Assembly: GCA_002269645.1 (NCBI GenBank)
Contig: NIVC01003958.1
Coordinates: forward strand, 3,540-67,539
DNA length: 64,000 bases
Reading direction: 5' to 3'
Source: Macrostomum lignano
Taxonomy: Eukaryota
Program-made: the position numbers and the translations under genes
Notes under the pieces: generated by a model
Databases searched by the model: none
The model's input: the letters and a program-made list of their open reading frames with translations, nothing else
What the model was told of the DNA's origin: nothing
In this document: positions 38,901-52,048 of the stretch, piece after piece
Layout of the letters: each line of letters begins with the position of its first letter
How positions within the stretch are numbered: the stretch's first letter is position 1

Positions 38901-41900
38901 GTTAGAAGTGGTGTTGCGTGTCTCGATATTTCTGCAGCAGAAGCTGGCTTCAATAATCCATTCAGTTATGGCTTGTGTAAGGCTCGGGCAGCCAATTCCA
39001 TTCAAGCCTGGGACTAAAAAGCGAATCTTCACAGCGTTTTCGGCGTTGTGAAATTTCGGTTTTATGAAGTTTCGGTCTTGTGAAGGGTAGTGCTTTTCGG
39101 CTTTGTGAAATTTCGGTCTTATGAAAGCGACCCTCATAGACTTGGGGCAACTATTATGTCAGCGAAACTTCTGATTTTTTGTCTGCCTTTTCATCAACTT
39201 ATGACGCACGTTCCCTGGCGCTGCAAGCTGCAGAAGTAATCCCCGGAGTGGGAAGGCATGGCTCTGTTAAGAAGGCAGTTTCAGCTCCCTTCGCTCCCGA
39301 GTCCATTTACTCCGATAGCGTATCGAGCAGGCCGGCAGGAGAAAGAAAAGAAATAGTGAGAGCTCGGATCCCCTGGGCGTGCTGTTCGAATCAAATCCTA
39401 CTGGATTGCTAATGCCACGCAGCTTGCTGGCTCCTTTGCCTCATCATCGCGTGCACTCCGGAACAAACTCAGATCCTTGTGTTCTTTCGAGACTCCTCCA
39501 ATGCTTTGGCTATTGAGAATAGTCTTGCGCTCTCACTGGATTATGCGTTGCTTAGCGCCTTTATAGCACTATCTCTAGGAATATACAGTCTGCTCAGTCT
39601 TTTTCCTGATTAGGAGCCAGTACGTTCTTCTGACCGACCCACTGACCATGCCTAACTTTTGGCTTGGCTAGTTTATTAGCCACTATTTAAGCTGCAGCAG
39701 TGTTTAAATCGCGTGATCACGTGCCATCGAGAGAGCTAGCGGGGCTGAGTAGCTGCTATTGAGCACAGGTTTTTGGAGCCATAATCTGCAGTGATTGCTT
39801 TGCTGTGTTCGTGTTTTCCTAGCTTTGCCTTCATCGCTACTTATTTTTAAATCTTCCACACCGGAGATGAAGGGTTGATTCGCTCACGTGATCAATGTTA
39901 CCTTTTCCCATCCTCGCTCCGCAAAAGTTTCCTATCTTTCATCCATCTCCCGCTAGTGAGATTGGCTGTGTGTTTTTAATTCGGACTTCCCATTTCCGCA
40001 CCGGATGGGCCGCCCGGGCCCTCCCACTTCATTCTCTTGCTGCTCAGTCGACCAGTCAGCTGTGTCCGGTGCAGCTGCTGCAGGATGGGGATCCAAGGCC
40101 CTACCGGTTGGCCCCTGATTGAAAAAGAGTTCAGCCTGCCTGACCTGGCAGCTCTTCCTGCAGCATGGCTCTAGTCTCTTTACCCCCTCCCTTGCCACCA
40201 AGCGTGTTACTGGCTCGGTCTGTCGCTTGTTATTCTCTCGTCTTCTTTTGATGTTGAATTTTTTAAGTCAGGCCGGGGTTCCCGTCCTCTGATGCGTATC
40301 AGCAGGGGTTAAAGCCTATATATTCCCTGTCACTCACAGTCTCTGGCATGGCCTGCTAGGGTTAAAACCTTTTCTCGAAAGAGCAGTTCTGTAGAGTATC
40401 GCTTAATTATCGATGAGAAAATCCTTCACTAATCTTTTTCCTTTCTTAATCCGACGACTGGCCTGTGCGAGTCCGCTGTGCCGCCTAATTGCAAGTCGTA
40501 GCAGCGCATTGCGCTTTGCATTCAATGCAAATTGACTGTTGAGTGGGAAAGGAGGCGGAGCGGGCCATGCAAATTGAATCTTGTGTGGCAGACTTTTAGG
40601 GCCAGTAATTGATTATTAGGCTTGCTAAATTGGCCGGTCATGTAGCTGCAGTGCTGCATCTCTCCCTTCTATGCATCTATGGCAAGGCATGCAGACCTAA
40701 GTATACGCGGGTATGGATGTGGGAGAATGAAGTGCAACTGTGTGCGGCTCTACTCGGGAAAGGGGCTTAACGGTTGTTCGTCCCTTTCGATGGGAAGGAA
40801 AGACGAGGCTTTCCTGCACCGGATCTCTGGTTGTTTTTGGACAGCACAGCTGCTCTGAAAATTTATTTCAGTCCTACGACTTGCCTGCACTGTCTGCTTC
40901 GCTTTTTTGCTTCTAGAATCTTGATTAATCTTGATTCCTTCTTTCCCAGCTTTACCTATCAGATATAAGCATCTGGTAGTGTCACCTGCCTTTGCTTAAA
41001 ATAGTCTGCATGCTAGTCTACTTATCTCTGATAACATCTGCCCGGTAATTATACGGCAGCATTTTCCTGTCGCCCTGAGGTCACCTGTTCATGCAGGCTA
41101 ATGATGCAGCACGGGCATGCGCTGCGGCTCTTGCAGCTTCTGGCGTCGAGGCCTTTCAATGTCCAGCCATTTTTCATCGCCTGTAAGTCCCGCGCCCTCA
41201 TGCTTGCACAGTTTGAGAAGCTCAGAAACTGCCCGAGCAGATTTAAGGGTATACAGGTATTCTACACACCGTTCAAGTCTGATTTTTATTATTTGGATAA
41301 CGGCTCAAAGAAAAGGGGCATTGATGTAGGACAAGATTCTAAACTTAAGAATTGCTCGAGTCTTGTCGTTTTTGGCAAAAAATCCTGCAATTCTTGGCAG
41401 CCAGAGTAATTTTTAGCGCAGTTGGCTGAGCAAATTTTATTGTAGAGCCACCTCCGTCACTGACCGCAAATTCATTGGAGCTCACAGATAGGCCTGGTTA
41501 TAAATGCTCTTAGCATCCTCTTTAGATTTTCCAGCTAATCTCCGGTCTTAGTCTGAGTCCTAGGTTCTTGAAGCAATCTAGCGGATTTGCCTAGTTTACT
41601 GGAAGATATAGACTACTCCCATCTAATTGTGTAGCTTGTTCATTACTGTTGAATTATTACTGTTGTCTGTCATTATTTAGCTATTGTTAAAAAAATTGTT
41701 CTTTATGTGTTGTTCATTGGCAGTTAATTTTTGTTGCCCACCGCCGTCATTTGTGTTTTTTGCCGTCACCAAAAGTGCACGCTGAGCTTTTAGTATAGCG
41801 GAAACTGCGAATTGATGAAGTGCCTTATAAATTATATAATCTAATTAGCATAAGCTGCGCAGTGAGGCTGCGGATTTGCCTAATTGGCTAAATAAATTAC

Positions 41901-42060
41901 CTGTCAAGGTATCGGTTAGCGTGGCCCAGGATCCTCTTTAGATTTTAGCTGTGTTTATCGATGCGCGCACTGCGGGATCGGTTAGGGCATTCAGAACTGA
42001 TGAAGTGGGGTCCCAAACTCACTACTCTGCTCCCCCTATTGCAGCAGCAGCAGCAGCGGC

Positions 42061-45000
42061 ATGCCCCGAGGTGAAACCCGAAAGCGCTCCCTGCCGCCCA
42101 TCGCCGAGCACGAGGCGGCGGGGCCCGGCGCTGCTAAAGTCGGCAAAATGGCCGACCAGCCTGTCGTAAGTGCGGCAAGCCTTAGGGAGAGAGTGGGGAT
42201 GAGGAGGGAGCAGCTCGGTTCCGCTTAAGCGCTGGTCCTGCGGCGGCGGCGGCGGCACTTTTTCTGCTTTTTTTATCTCCTGCACGCGCAGCCTGCAGCG
42301 CAACTGCCGGAGCAGCTGCTGAATCTAATTTCCTCCCACCAGTTCCCCGGCCTCCCCAACCTGCTGCTCAGACTCGGCGCCCCGGCTAGGGCGGGGGGAT
42401 TATCGGGCGCGCGTGACTCGGCAGGCTTGAATTATTTTTTCCTCTGCCTTTTTGCCAAGCGTTGAGTTTTGTTTGCATCTGCTGTTTTAATCCAGTGTTG
42501 CTGGGAGAGTTTGTATCAAGTGAAGCAGCAAGTTGGCGGGACAGGAGCCCTTTTGTCCTTTGCCGCCTAAGTGTCTGCTTGGCCGGGGGGAGGGGAGGGG
42601 GCTGCACGAACTTGTCTAAGGGACATCTCGTATCAAAGATCGGTTCTGCTTCTCACTTAAAATTTATATTCTGTTCTGCATTTACTCTATAACTCTAACT
42701 GGAATCTTTTGTGCTTTCAATCAATTACTCTAATTTAAAAAGTAAGCTGGCCTTCGTCAAGGCCTAGCCATCTCCATCTGTTTGGTCTTTTATCTAAGAC
42801 TAAGAAATTTTCTGATCTAACACTGTTTCGATCCGATTCCCTGTTTTTAGATCTGATCCCGTCTTCTAGATCTGATCCCCTCTTCTAGATCTGATCCCGT
42901 CTTCTAGATCTGATCCCGTCTTCTAGATCTGATCCCGTCTTCTAGATCTGATCCCGTCTTCTAGATCTGATCCCGTCTTCTAGATCTGATCCCGTCTTCT
43001 AGATCCGATCCCGTCTTCTAGATCTGATCCCGTCTTCTAGATCTGATCCCGTCTTCTAGATCCGATCCCCTCTTCTAGATCCGATCCCGTCTTCTGGATC
43101 TGATCCCGTCTTCTAGATCTGATCCCGTCTTCTAGATCTGATCCCGTCTTCTAGATCTGATTCCCTCTTCTAGATCCGATCCCGTCTTCTAGATCTGATC
43201 CCGTCTTCTAGATCCGATCCCGTCTTCTAGATCTGATCCCGTCTTCTAGATCTGATCCCGTCTTCTAGATCCGATCCCCTCTTCTAGATCCGATCCCGTC
43301 TTCTGGATCTGATCCCGTCTTCTAGATCTGATCCCGTCTTCTAGATCTGATCCCGTCTTCTAGATCTGATCCCCTCTTCTAGATCCGATCCCCTCTTCTA
43401 GATCTGATCCCCTCTTCTAGATCTGATCCCGTCTTCTAGATCTGATCCCCTCTTCTAGATCTGATCCCCTCTTCTAGATCCGATCCCGTCTTCTGGATAT
43501 AACCTCTTTTAGATTTGATCCCTTTTTCTAGATCCGATCCCGTCTTCTAGATCTGATCCTCTCATCTAGTTCTGATCCCGTCTTCTAGATCTGATCCCCT
43601 TTTCTAGATCTGATCCCCTTTTCTAGATCTGATCCCCTCTTCTAGATCTGATCCCCTCTTCTAGATCTGATCCCGTCTTCTAGATCCGATCCCGTCTTCT
43701 AGATCTGATCCCATCTTCTAGATCTGATCCCCTCTTCTAGATCTGATCCCCTCTTCTAGATCTGACCCCGTCTTCTAGATCTGATCCCGTCTTCTAGATC
43801 TGATCCCATCTTCTAGATCTGATCCCCTCTTCTAGATCTGATCCCCTCTTCTAGATCTGATCCCCTCTTCTAGATCTGATCCCGTCTTCTAGATCCGATC
43901 CCGTCTTCTAGATCTGATCCCATCTTCTAGATCTGATCCCCTCTTCTAGATCTGATCCCCTCTTCTAGATCTGATCCCGTCTTCTAGATCTGATCCCCTC
44001 TTCTAGATCTGATCCCATCTTCTAGATCTGATCCCGTCTTCTAGATCTGATTCCCTCTTATAGATCTGGCTCTACCGGTATATCTTCTAGACCTTATCCT
44101 CTTATCCTCTTAAGACCTGATTCCCTCTTCTAGATCCGACCGTATCGCCTGGAGCAGATACAGGTTCTCACCGTATCTGGCCTTCAGATCTGACCAAAAT
44201 TTAGCGTAATTTATGGCAATATCTGTTTCGAATTATTATCGAGGCAAATTTTTCGGGAGAGAGAAAATCTTATCTACCATTCAAAAGGCTTTTATTATGC
44301 CTTTTGGCGCTAAATCAGCCAATGTCAGCGCCTTAGCTTCTGTGCGAGACTGATAAAGGAGTTGCAGTTTAAATCAGTGCAGGATTGCCGATTCATTAAA
44401 CTCATTTTAGAGCAGTTCAGGATAGCGGCTATATGGACTTTTACCGTGTTTACTAGAGGCCTGACCTAACTTGTGATTTTGTTTTGCTAATTGCGAACTT
44501 CATTGACATAGACCACATGGCTATATAGTCTGACACATTTCACAATTGTTTTCTCTGTCCGGTCTTTGTTCTCTGACCGATCCCGCTCTTTGTTCTCTGA
44601 CTGATCCCGCTCTTTGTTCTCTGACCGATCCCGCTCTTTGTTCTCTGACCGATCCCGCTCTTTGTTCTCTGACCGATCCCGCTCTTTGTTCTCTGACCGA
44701 TCCCGCTCTTTGTTCTCTGACCGATCCCGCTCTTTGTTCTCTGACCGATCCCGCTCTTTGTTCTCTGACCAATCCCGCTCTTTGTTCTCTGACCGATCCC
44801 GCTCTTTGTTCTCTGACCAATCCCGCTCTTTGTTCTCTGATCGATCCCTCTCTTTGTTCTCTGACCAATCCCGCTCTTTGTTCTCTGATCGATCCCGCTC
44901 TTTGTTCTCTGACCGATCCCGCAGTTTGTTCTCTGACCAATCCCGCTCTTTGTTCTCTGACCGATCCCGCTCTTTGTTTTATGACCGATCCCGCTCTTTG

Positions 45001-46545
45001 TCCTTTATCAAGCTAGTGAATTCAAAATCTATAACAGAACTTTGGAAATTCCGCGTTGCAGGGCGGGGAGCCGCAGCAGTCGCTGCAGCCGGGCTCCGCT
45101 GCCCCGAGCTTCACCTGTAAGGCTCTCCTGCCTGACCAGAGCTTTGGAGACGTCCGGCTGAGCGACTACTCGGGAAAGTACGTTGTGCTCTTTTTCTACC
45201 CGGCCGACTTCACCTTCGTGTGTCCGACCGAGATCGTGGCCTTCTCGGACCGGGCCGAGGAGTTCCGGAGGATCAACTGCGAGCTGCTGGCCTGCAGCAC
45301 CGACTCGCACTTTGTGCACCTGGCCTGGACCAACACGCCGCGCCAGGACGGCGGCCTCGGCCGCGTCAGCATGCCGCTGCTGGCCGACCGCTCCCAGGCC
45401 GTCAGCCGCGCTTACGGCGTCCTCAAAGCCGATGAGGGCGTCGCCTACCGCGGCCTCTTCATCATCAGCGACCGCGGCCTGATCCGCCAGGTGACCATCA
45501 ACGACCTGCCTGTTGGTCGCTCGGTTGACGAGACGCTCCGCCTGGTGCAGGCCTTCCAGCACGCCGACAAGCACGGCGAGGTCTGCCCTGCCGGCTGGCG
45601 GCCCGGCGACCGAGCGATGAAGCCGGACCCCAGCCTCAGCAAGGAGTACTTTCAGGTGCGGCGGGTGCTATGGGGAATCTCGCTGATGGAGGGCGACTAA
45701 CGAAATCTTGGCTGTTTTATCTGTAGGAAATTCTGAAAATACTGTTCCACAATTGAGTCTGAGCACTTGAGTCTTAATACTTGAGTCTGAGTACTTGAGT
45801 CTGAGTACTTTAGTCTGAGCACTTGAGTCTGAGTCCTTGAGTCTGAGTACTTGAGTCTGAGTACTCGGTTCTGAACACTTGAGTGTAAGCACTTGCTTGA
45901 GTCTGATTACTTGAGTCTGAGTACATTCTTCAGTTGATTTCTTGCTAATCGTCAGCTTAAAGATCGGTCCTAAGCTTTCCTTAGAGAGCAGCTTACGAGT
46001 ACATGTTAAGAGAAATAGCAAATTGTTCTCATTTAGCTGGCCAACGTCACGACAGCATTTTTGCGCTCACCTCAACAGAATTCATCAGAGTTATGAAAGC
46101 GCCGGATTATTCATGTGCGTCCACAGAGAGCTTGCCTAAATCTCCTCACCCTGTAATCCCTCTCGCCTGCCCTGAGTTCGAATCCTCTACACCCTACATC
46201 AACTCAAAGCCGCCGCATTGAAATTGTCGCCTTGGCATTCAGCCAGATGGCGGCGGCGGGCCGCAGCCGCCCGACAGCCCGCCCGCTGCCGTTGCCGCAC
46301 CAGAAGGCGCCGCCGCCGCTCCTCCCGAAGGCGACAAGGCGGCTTCGTCATCCCAGCCGGAACCGGAAGTGAAGCCTGCCGGGTCTCGGATTTTCCCCTG
46401 GCTGGACGAGAAGGCCTACAAGGCGCACGCCTTCGCCCCCGCCCGGCTGCTCCTGCTGGAAGAGGCGGCACTGAGCTGCTCCGCTCATGGTTGGGGTCTC
46501 CGTGCTCAGTTGTCCGTTATTGCCGTTGCTCTTTCTGTTGGCTAA
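42061..46545 (+). CDS. PRDX: Typical 2-Cys peroxiredoxin; exons 42061 (or 42148)-42165, 45062-45655, probable 46243-46545
   Basis: [41 protein letters not shown] and SKEYF. Phase-0 GT-AG junctions. The core exon is certain; the flanking exons are inferred. Confidence 0.9.
42845..44140. repeat. 19-nt minisatellite in the peroxiredoxin intron
   Basis: Unit CTAGATCTGATCCCGTCTT. Confidence 0.95.
44550..44998. repeat. 24-nt minisatellite
   Basis: Unit CTCTGACCGATCCCGCTCTTTGTT. Confidence 0.95.
45740..45925. repeat. Degenerate 14-nt repeat
   Basis: CTTGAGTCTGAGTA-like units. Confidence 0.85.
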
Positions 46546-46624
46546 TAGAAATTTGTGATTGTTCTCTTGGGTCTCGTTGGGGTTTTTAATGTTGCTCAAA
46601 GTGCATTGAAGCTGGTTAAACATG

Positions 46625-47680
46625 AGCATGAGACACCTGGTTAGACATGACCATGAGACACCTGGTTAGACATGACCATGAGACACCTGGTTAGACATGA
46701 CCTTGAGACACCTGGCTAGACATGACCTTGAGACACCCAGTTAGACATGACCTTGAGACACCTGGTTAGACAGGACCTTGAGACACCCAGTTAGACATGA
46801 CCTTGAGACACCTGGTTAAGCATGACCATGAGACACCTGGTTAGACATGACCATGTGACACCCAGTTAGACATGACCTTGAGACACCTGGCTAGACATGA
46901 CCTTGAGACACCTGGTTAGACATGACCTTGAGACACCTGGTTAGGCATGACCATGAGACACCTGGTTAGACATGACCTTGAGACACCTGGCTAGACATGA
47001 CCTTGAGACACCCAGTTAGACATGACCTTGAGACACCTGGTTAGACATGACCTTGAGACACCTAGTTAGACATGACCTTGAGACACCTGGTTAGACATGA
47101 CCATGAGACACCTGGTTAGACATGACCATGTGACACCCAGTTAGACATGACCTTGAGACACCTGGCTAGACATGACCTTGAGACACCCAGTTAGACATGA
47201 CCTTGAGACACCTGGTTAGACATGACCTTGAGACACCTGGCTAGACATGACCATGTGACACCTAGTTAGACATGACCTTGAGACACCTGGTTAGACATGA
47301 CCATGAGACACCTGGTTAGACATGACCATGTGACACCTGGTTAGACATGACCATGAGACACCTAGTTAGACATGACCTTGAGACACCTGGTTAGACATGA
47401 CCATGAGACACCTGGTTAGACATGACCATGAGACACCTGGTTAGACATGACCATGAGACACCCAGTTAGACATCACCTTGAGACACCCAGTTAGACATGA
47501 CCATGAGACACCCAGTTAGACATCACCTTGAGACACCTGGTTAGACATGACCATGAGACACCCAGTTAGACATCACCTTGAGACACCTAGTTAGACATGA
47601 CCATGAGACACCTGGTTAGACATGACCATGAGACACCTGGTTAGACATGACCTTGAGACACCTGGCTAGACATGGCCATG
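46625..47680. repeat. 25-nt minisatellite
   Basis: Unit GAGACACCTGGTTAGACATGACC(A/T)T. Confidence 0.95.
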
Positions 47681-48149
47681 AGGACACCAGCTTAGTTATA
47701 AAAAACAGTTAGTGTGCTGAATTGGTGTTTTTACATTTATTTACATTGCACCTGTTACATTAAAAGTTGTGGTTGGCAATTGTATTAGAGCCCATGCCCG
47801 CAGCTCAGTAGTCGCAATGCCTCTCCCTCCGCCCCTCTGACTGTTTCAGTCCATCTGAGCGAGCCAAGCTGACAGCCGCGGCCCGCTGGGATTCCCCAGG
47901 CCAGCCTGCGAGCTACCCAGACTTTCACGTCGGTATCCCAACATTTGCGCTTCGCAACATTTTTTAAGTCAACTCTTTTTTAATGTCTATTACTTTATCA
48001 TCTGTTCGAATGTGAGCACTTTAATCCTTGTCGTCCTCACCTGAGGGGCTAGTTGTGCAATAATAGTTTGTCGAGCCCCCATTGCAACACTGTCTCAAAA
48101 ATCGGCCTCCTGCTTATTCATTAAGTTCGTAGCTTAGTTAGACACTGAC

Positions 48150-48490
48150 GCAGTTGCTATGCAGTTGCTATGCAGTTTCTATGCGGTTGCTACGCTCTTG
48201 CTATGTAGTTGCTACGCAGTTGCTACGCAGTTGCTACCCAGTTGCTACGCAGTTGCTATGCAGTTGCTATGCAGTTTCTATGCGGTTGCTACGCTCTTGC
48301 TATGTAGTTGCTACGCAGTTGCTACGCAGTTGCTACCCAGTTGCTACGCAGTTGCTATGCAGTTGCTACGCAGGTGGTACGTAGTTTCTATGCGGTTGCT
48401 ACGCGGGTTGCTCTGCCGTCGCAATATAGTTTCTACATAGTTACTATGCAGTTGTCACATAAAGGTCACGCAGTTGCTATGCAGTTGCTA
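48150..48490. repeat. 11-nt based repeat with higher-order duplication
   Basis: GCAGTTGCTA(T/C) units. Confidence 0.9.
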
Positions 48491-49139
48491 AGCGGATAGT
48501 AAGCAGTTGCTACACGCCGAACCTAAGATGTGCAATGGCCCCACCAGCCCCAGCCCCAATTTTTTTACTTGTTTTCGTTGTCTCAAGCAGGCACACTTTT
48601 ACTTTAGCCTAGGCATTTGTTATTTTATTTTCTACGGTAAGGCTTCGCCACTGCCAAGCAGTTTGCAACAGTCCCATGATTGGCAGCTTTTCAATGTTTA
48701 TCGCCCAGCTGCAGTTCGCAATTGCCTGTGCTTCATCATCATCATTTGTTCTGTTCAAATCGCTATTATTAATTGTTGTCACTTTTTCCCCATCAATTTG
48801 TCACCCCCTGAGGCGCCTCGGATCAACCAGCGAGTTTTTCATCTCCCAACTTTTCATTCCCTCCCAGATACTTCAGTGAATTGATTGCGCAATTCAGCGC
48901 CTCAACTATTTGAATATTTTGTCTCATTGTTGTCTCCCAGCCAGCTTCCGACCGCTTCAGTTTCTATTCTTTATAGCTACAATGGTATTTCAGCAAATAC
49001 AGACGAATCAGCCACGAATCGACAATCCCGAAGTATTTTACGTTTCAGAAATTGACGGCTTGTACTTTTCATTTTCTATTTTGTAGATTAGCTATGAGAT
49101 TAACTCATTGTTCGGGTACTTGTTTTGCTATGTGGGGAT

Positions 49140-49960
49140 TCAGTGAGCTCCCATCCCCTCCCTGATCCTTCAGTGAGCTCCCCCCATGATCCTTCAGTGA
49201 GCTCCCCCCTGATCCTTCAGTGAGCTCCCTCCCTGATCCTTCAGTGAGCTCCCTCCCTGATCCTTCAGTGAGCTCCCCCCTGATCCTTCAGTGAGCTCCC
49301 TCCCTGATCCTTCAGTGAGCTCCCTCCCTGATCCTTCAGTGAGCTCCCTCCCTGATCCTTCAGTGAGCTCCCTCCCTGATCCTTCAGTGAGCTCCCTCCC
49401 TGATCCTTCAGTGAGCTCCCTCCCTGATCCTTCAGTGAGCTCCCTCCCTGATCCTTCAGTGAGCTCCCTCCCTGATCCTTCAGTGAGCTCTCTCCCTAAA
49501 CAGTGAGCTGAGTCCCTGCTGATCCTTCAGTGAGCTCCCTCCCTGATCCTTCAGTGAGCTCCCCCCATGATCCTTCAGTGAGCTCCCTCCCTGATCCTTC
49601 TGTGAGCTCCCCCATGATCCTTCAGTGAGCTCCCTCCCTGATCCTTCAGTGAGCTCCCTCCCTGATCCTTCAGTGAGCTCCCCCCATGATCCTTCAGTGA
49701 GCTCCCTCCCTGATCCTTCAGTGAGCTCCCTCCCTGATCCTTCAGTGAGCTCCCTCCCTGATCCTTCAGTGAGCTCCCTCCCTGATCCTTCAGTGAGCTC
49801 CCTCCCTGATCCTTCAGTGAGCTCCCTCCCTGATCCTTCCGTGAGCTCTCTCCCTAAACAGTGAGCTGAGTCCCTGCTGATCCTTTAGTGAGCTCCCTCC
49901 CTAAACAGTGAGCTGAGTCCCTGATCCTTCAGTAAGCTCCCTTCCTGATCCTTCCGTGAG
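49140..49960. repeat. 24-nt minisatellite
   Basis: Unit CTCCCTCCCTGATCCTTCAGTGAG. Confidence 0.95.
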
Positions 49961-50499
49961 CTCCCAGCCACTCCCTGAATTCCCGATGGCAATGATGAGG
50001 CAGTGATGCAGCTGGAATAGTTTTAGTCAGCGGCTTCAACTGCTTTGGCGAGGCTTTCAACCATTGCAAACTGCTCGGCTAAGACTCGAGTACCTGAGCT
50101 GCTATCAGATTAAACTGCAACTGACTATTTCGAGGCTGGCGATGATTTATGCCAGCTTGAGCAGCACTGAGTGGCTTCTTCTTAAGCAGCTCCGATAAGG
50201 TTTGCTGCATCTCTCGATAAAAAAGCTTTGCCCACACAGCGTAATACTCGTAAATCAATTTTTGTTCAGAGTTCAGACGCTGCATAGGAACAGAACTTTT
50301 ATTGTACTAGTGAGGTCACGCTCCCAAGCTAGGTTTAAGGTCTTCATCTGGGGCATCTGGGTTCTGCTGATTAAGCAGATGAAGCTGAAATACGAGTAGC
50401 TTGCCCCGTGTATCACAAAAAAATTAATAAATTGCCATCATGCTACTTATCTGCATTGGAGCGTAGTAGTAGAGATAATCAATTTGCTTTTCTCTAGAA

Positions 50500-51700
50500 C
50501 CTTCACTGGGTTCTCATTCCCTCTCTGATCCCTTACTGGGTTTTTATTCCCTCTCTGATCCCTTACTGGGTTTTTATTCCCTCTCTGATCCCACTGGGTT
50601 TTTATTCCCTCCCTGATCCTCACTGGGTTCTCATTCCCTCCCTTGATCCTCACGGGGTTCTCATTCCCTCCTTTGATGCTCACTGGGTTCTCATTCCCTC
50701 CCTGATCCCTCACTGGATTCTCATTCCCTCCATGATCCCTCACTGGATTCTCATTCCCTCCCTCATCCCTCACTGGATTCTCATTCCCTCCCTTGATCCT
50801 CACTGGATTCTCATTCCCTCCCTGATCCCTCACTGGATTCTCATTCCCTCCCTCATCCCTCACTGGATTCTCATTCCCTCCCTCATCCCTCACTGGATTC
50901 TCATTCCCTCCCTCACCCCTCACTGGATTCTCATTCCCTCCCTCATCCCTCACTGGGTTCTCATTCCCTCCCTCATCCCTCACTGGGTTCTCATTCCCTC
51001 CCTCATCCCTCACTGGGTTCTCATTCCCTCCCTCATCCCTCACTGGATTCTCATTCCCTCCCTCATCCCTCACTGGGTTTCATTCCCTCCCTCATCCCTC
51101 ACTGGGTTCTCATTCCCTCCTTCATCCCTCACTGGGTTCTCATTCCCTCCCTCATCCCTCACTGGGTTCTCATTCCCTCCCTCATCCCTCACTGGATTCT
51201 CATTCCCTCCCTCATCCCTCACTGGGTTCTCATTCCCTCCCTCATCCCTCACTGGATTCTCATTCCCTCCCTCATCCCTCACTGGGTTTTCATTCCCTCC
51301 CTCATCCCTCACTGGGTTCTCATTCCCTCCTCATCCCTCACTGGGTTCTCATTCCCTCCCTCATCCCTCACTGGGTTCTCATTCCCTCCCTCATCCCTCA
51401 CTGGGTTCTCATTCCCTCCCTTGATCCTCACTGGATTCTCATTCCCTCCCTTGATCCTCACTGGATTCTCATTCCCTCCCTTGATCCTCACTGGATTCTC
51501 ATCCCTCCCTGATCCTCACTGGATTCTCATTCCCTCCCTTGATCCTCACTGGTTCTCATTCCCTCCCTTGATCCTCACTGGATTCTCATTCCCTCCCTTG
51601 ATCCTCACTGGGTTCTCATTCCCTCCTTTGATCCTCACTGGGCTCTCATTCCCTCACTGATTCCTCACTGGGCTCTCATTCCTTCATTCATCCTTCGGTG
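50500..51700. repeat. 30-nt minisatellite
   Basis: Unit CACTGGGTTCTCATTCCCTCCCTCATCCCT. Confidence 0.95.
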
Positions 51701-51734
51701 TTCAGCCACCCTTATATCCTTTAGTATTCCCTTC

Positions 51735-51995
51735 ACCTGACCATTGCCCTCACCTGACCATTGCCCTCATCTGACCATTGCCCTCACTGACTATTGCCCT
51801 CACCTGACCATTGCCCTCACCTGACCATTGCCCTCACCTGACCATTGCCCTCATCTGACCATTGCCCTCACCTGACCATTGCCCTCACCTGACCATTGCC
51901 CTCATCTGACCATTGCCCTCACCTGACCATTGCCCTCACCTGACCATTGCCCTCACCTGACCATTGCCCTCACCTGACCATTGCCCTCACCTGAC
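51735..51995. repeat. 17-nt minisatellite
   Basis: Unit CATTGCCCTCACCTGAC. Confidence 0.95.
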
Positions 51996-52048
51996 TGATT
52001 TCAGCGCCCCCGCACATTCTCCACTATCGCGTCCGCTGCCGCCTCGCC

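Noticed and set aside
28737-40355. TTAA-CCC at 28737 and GGG-TTAA at ~40307 and ~40350 as piggyBac termini
   Set aside because: Sequences beyond the first three bases do not form inverted repeats, so the termini remain unassigned.
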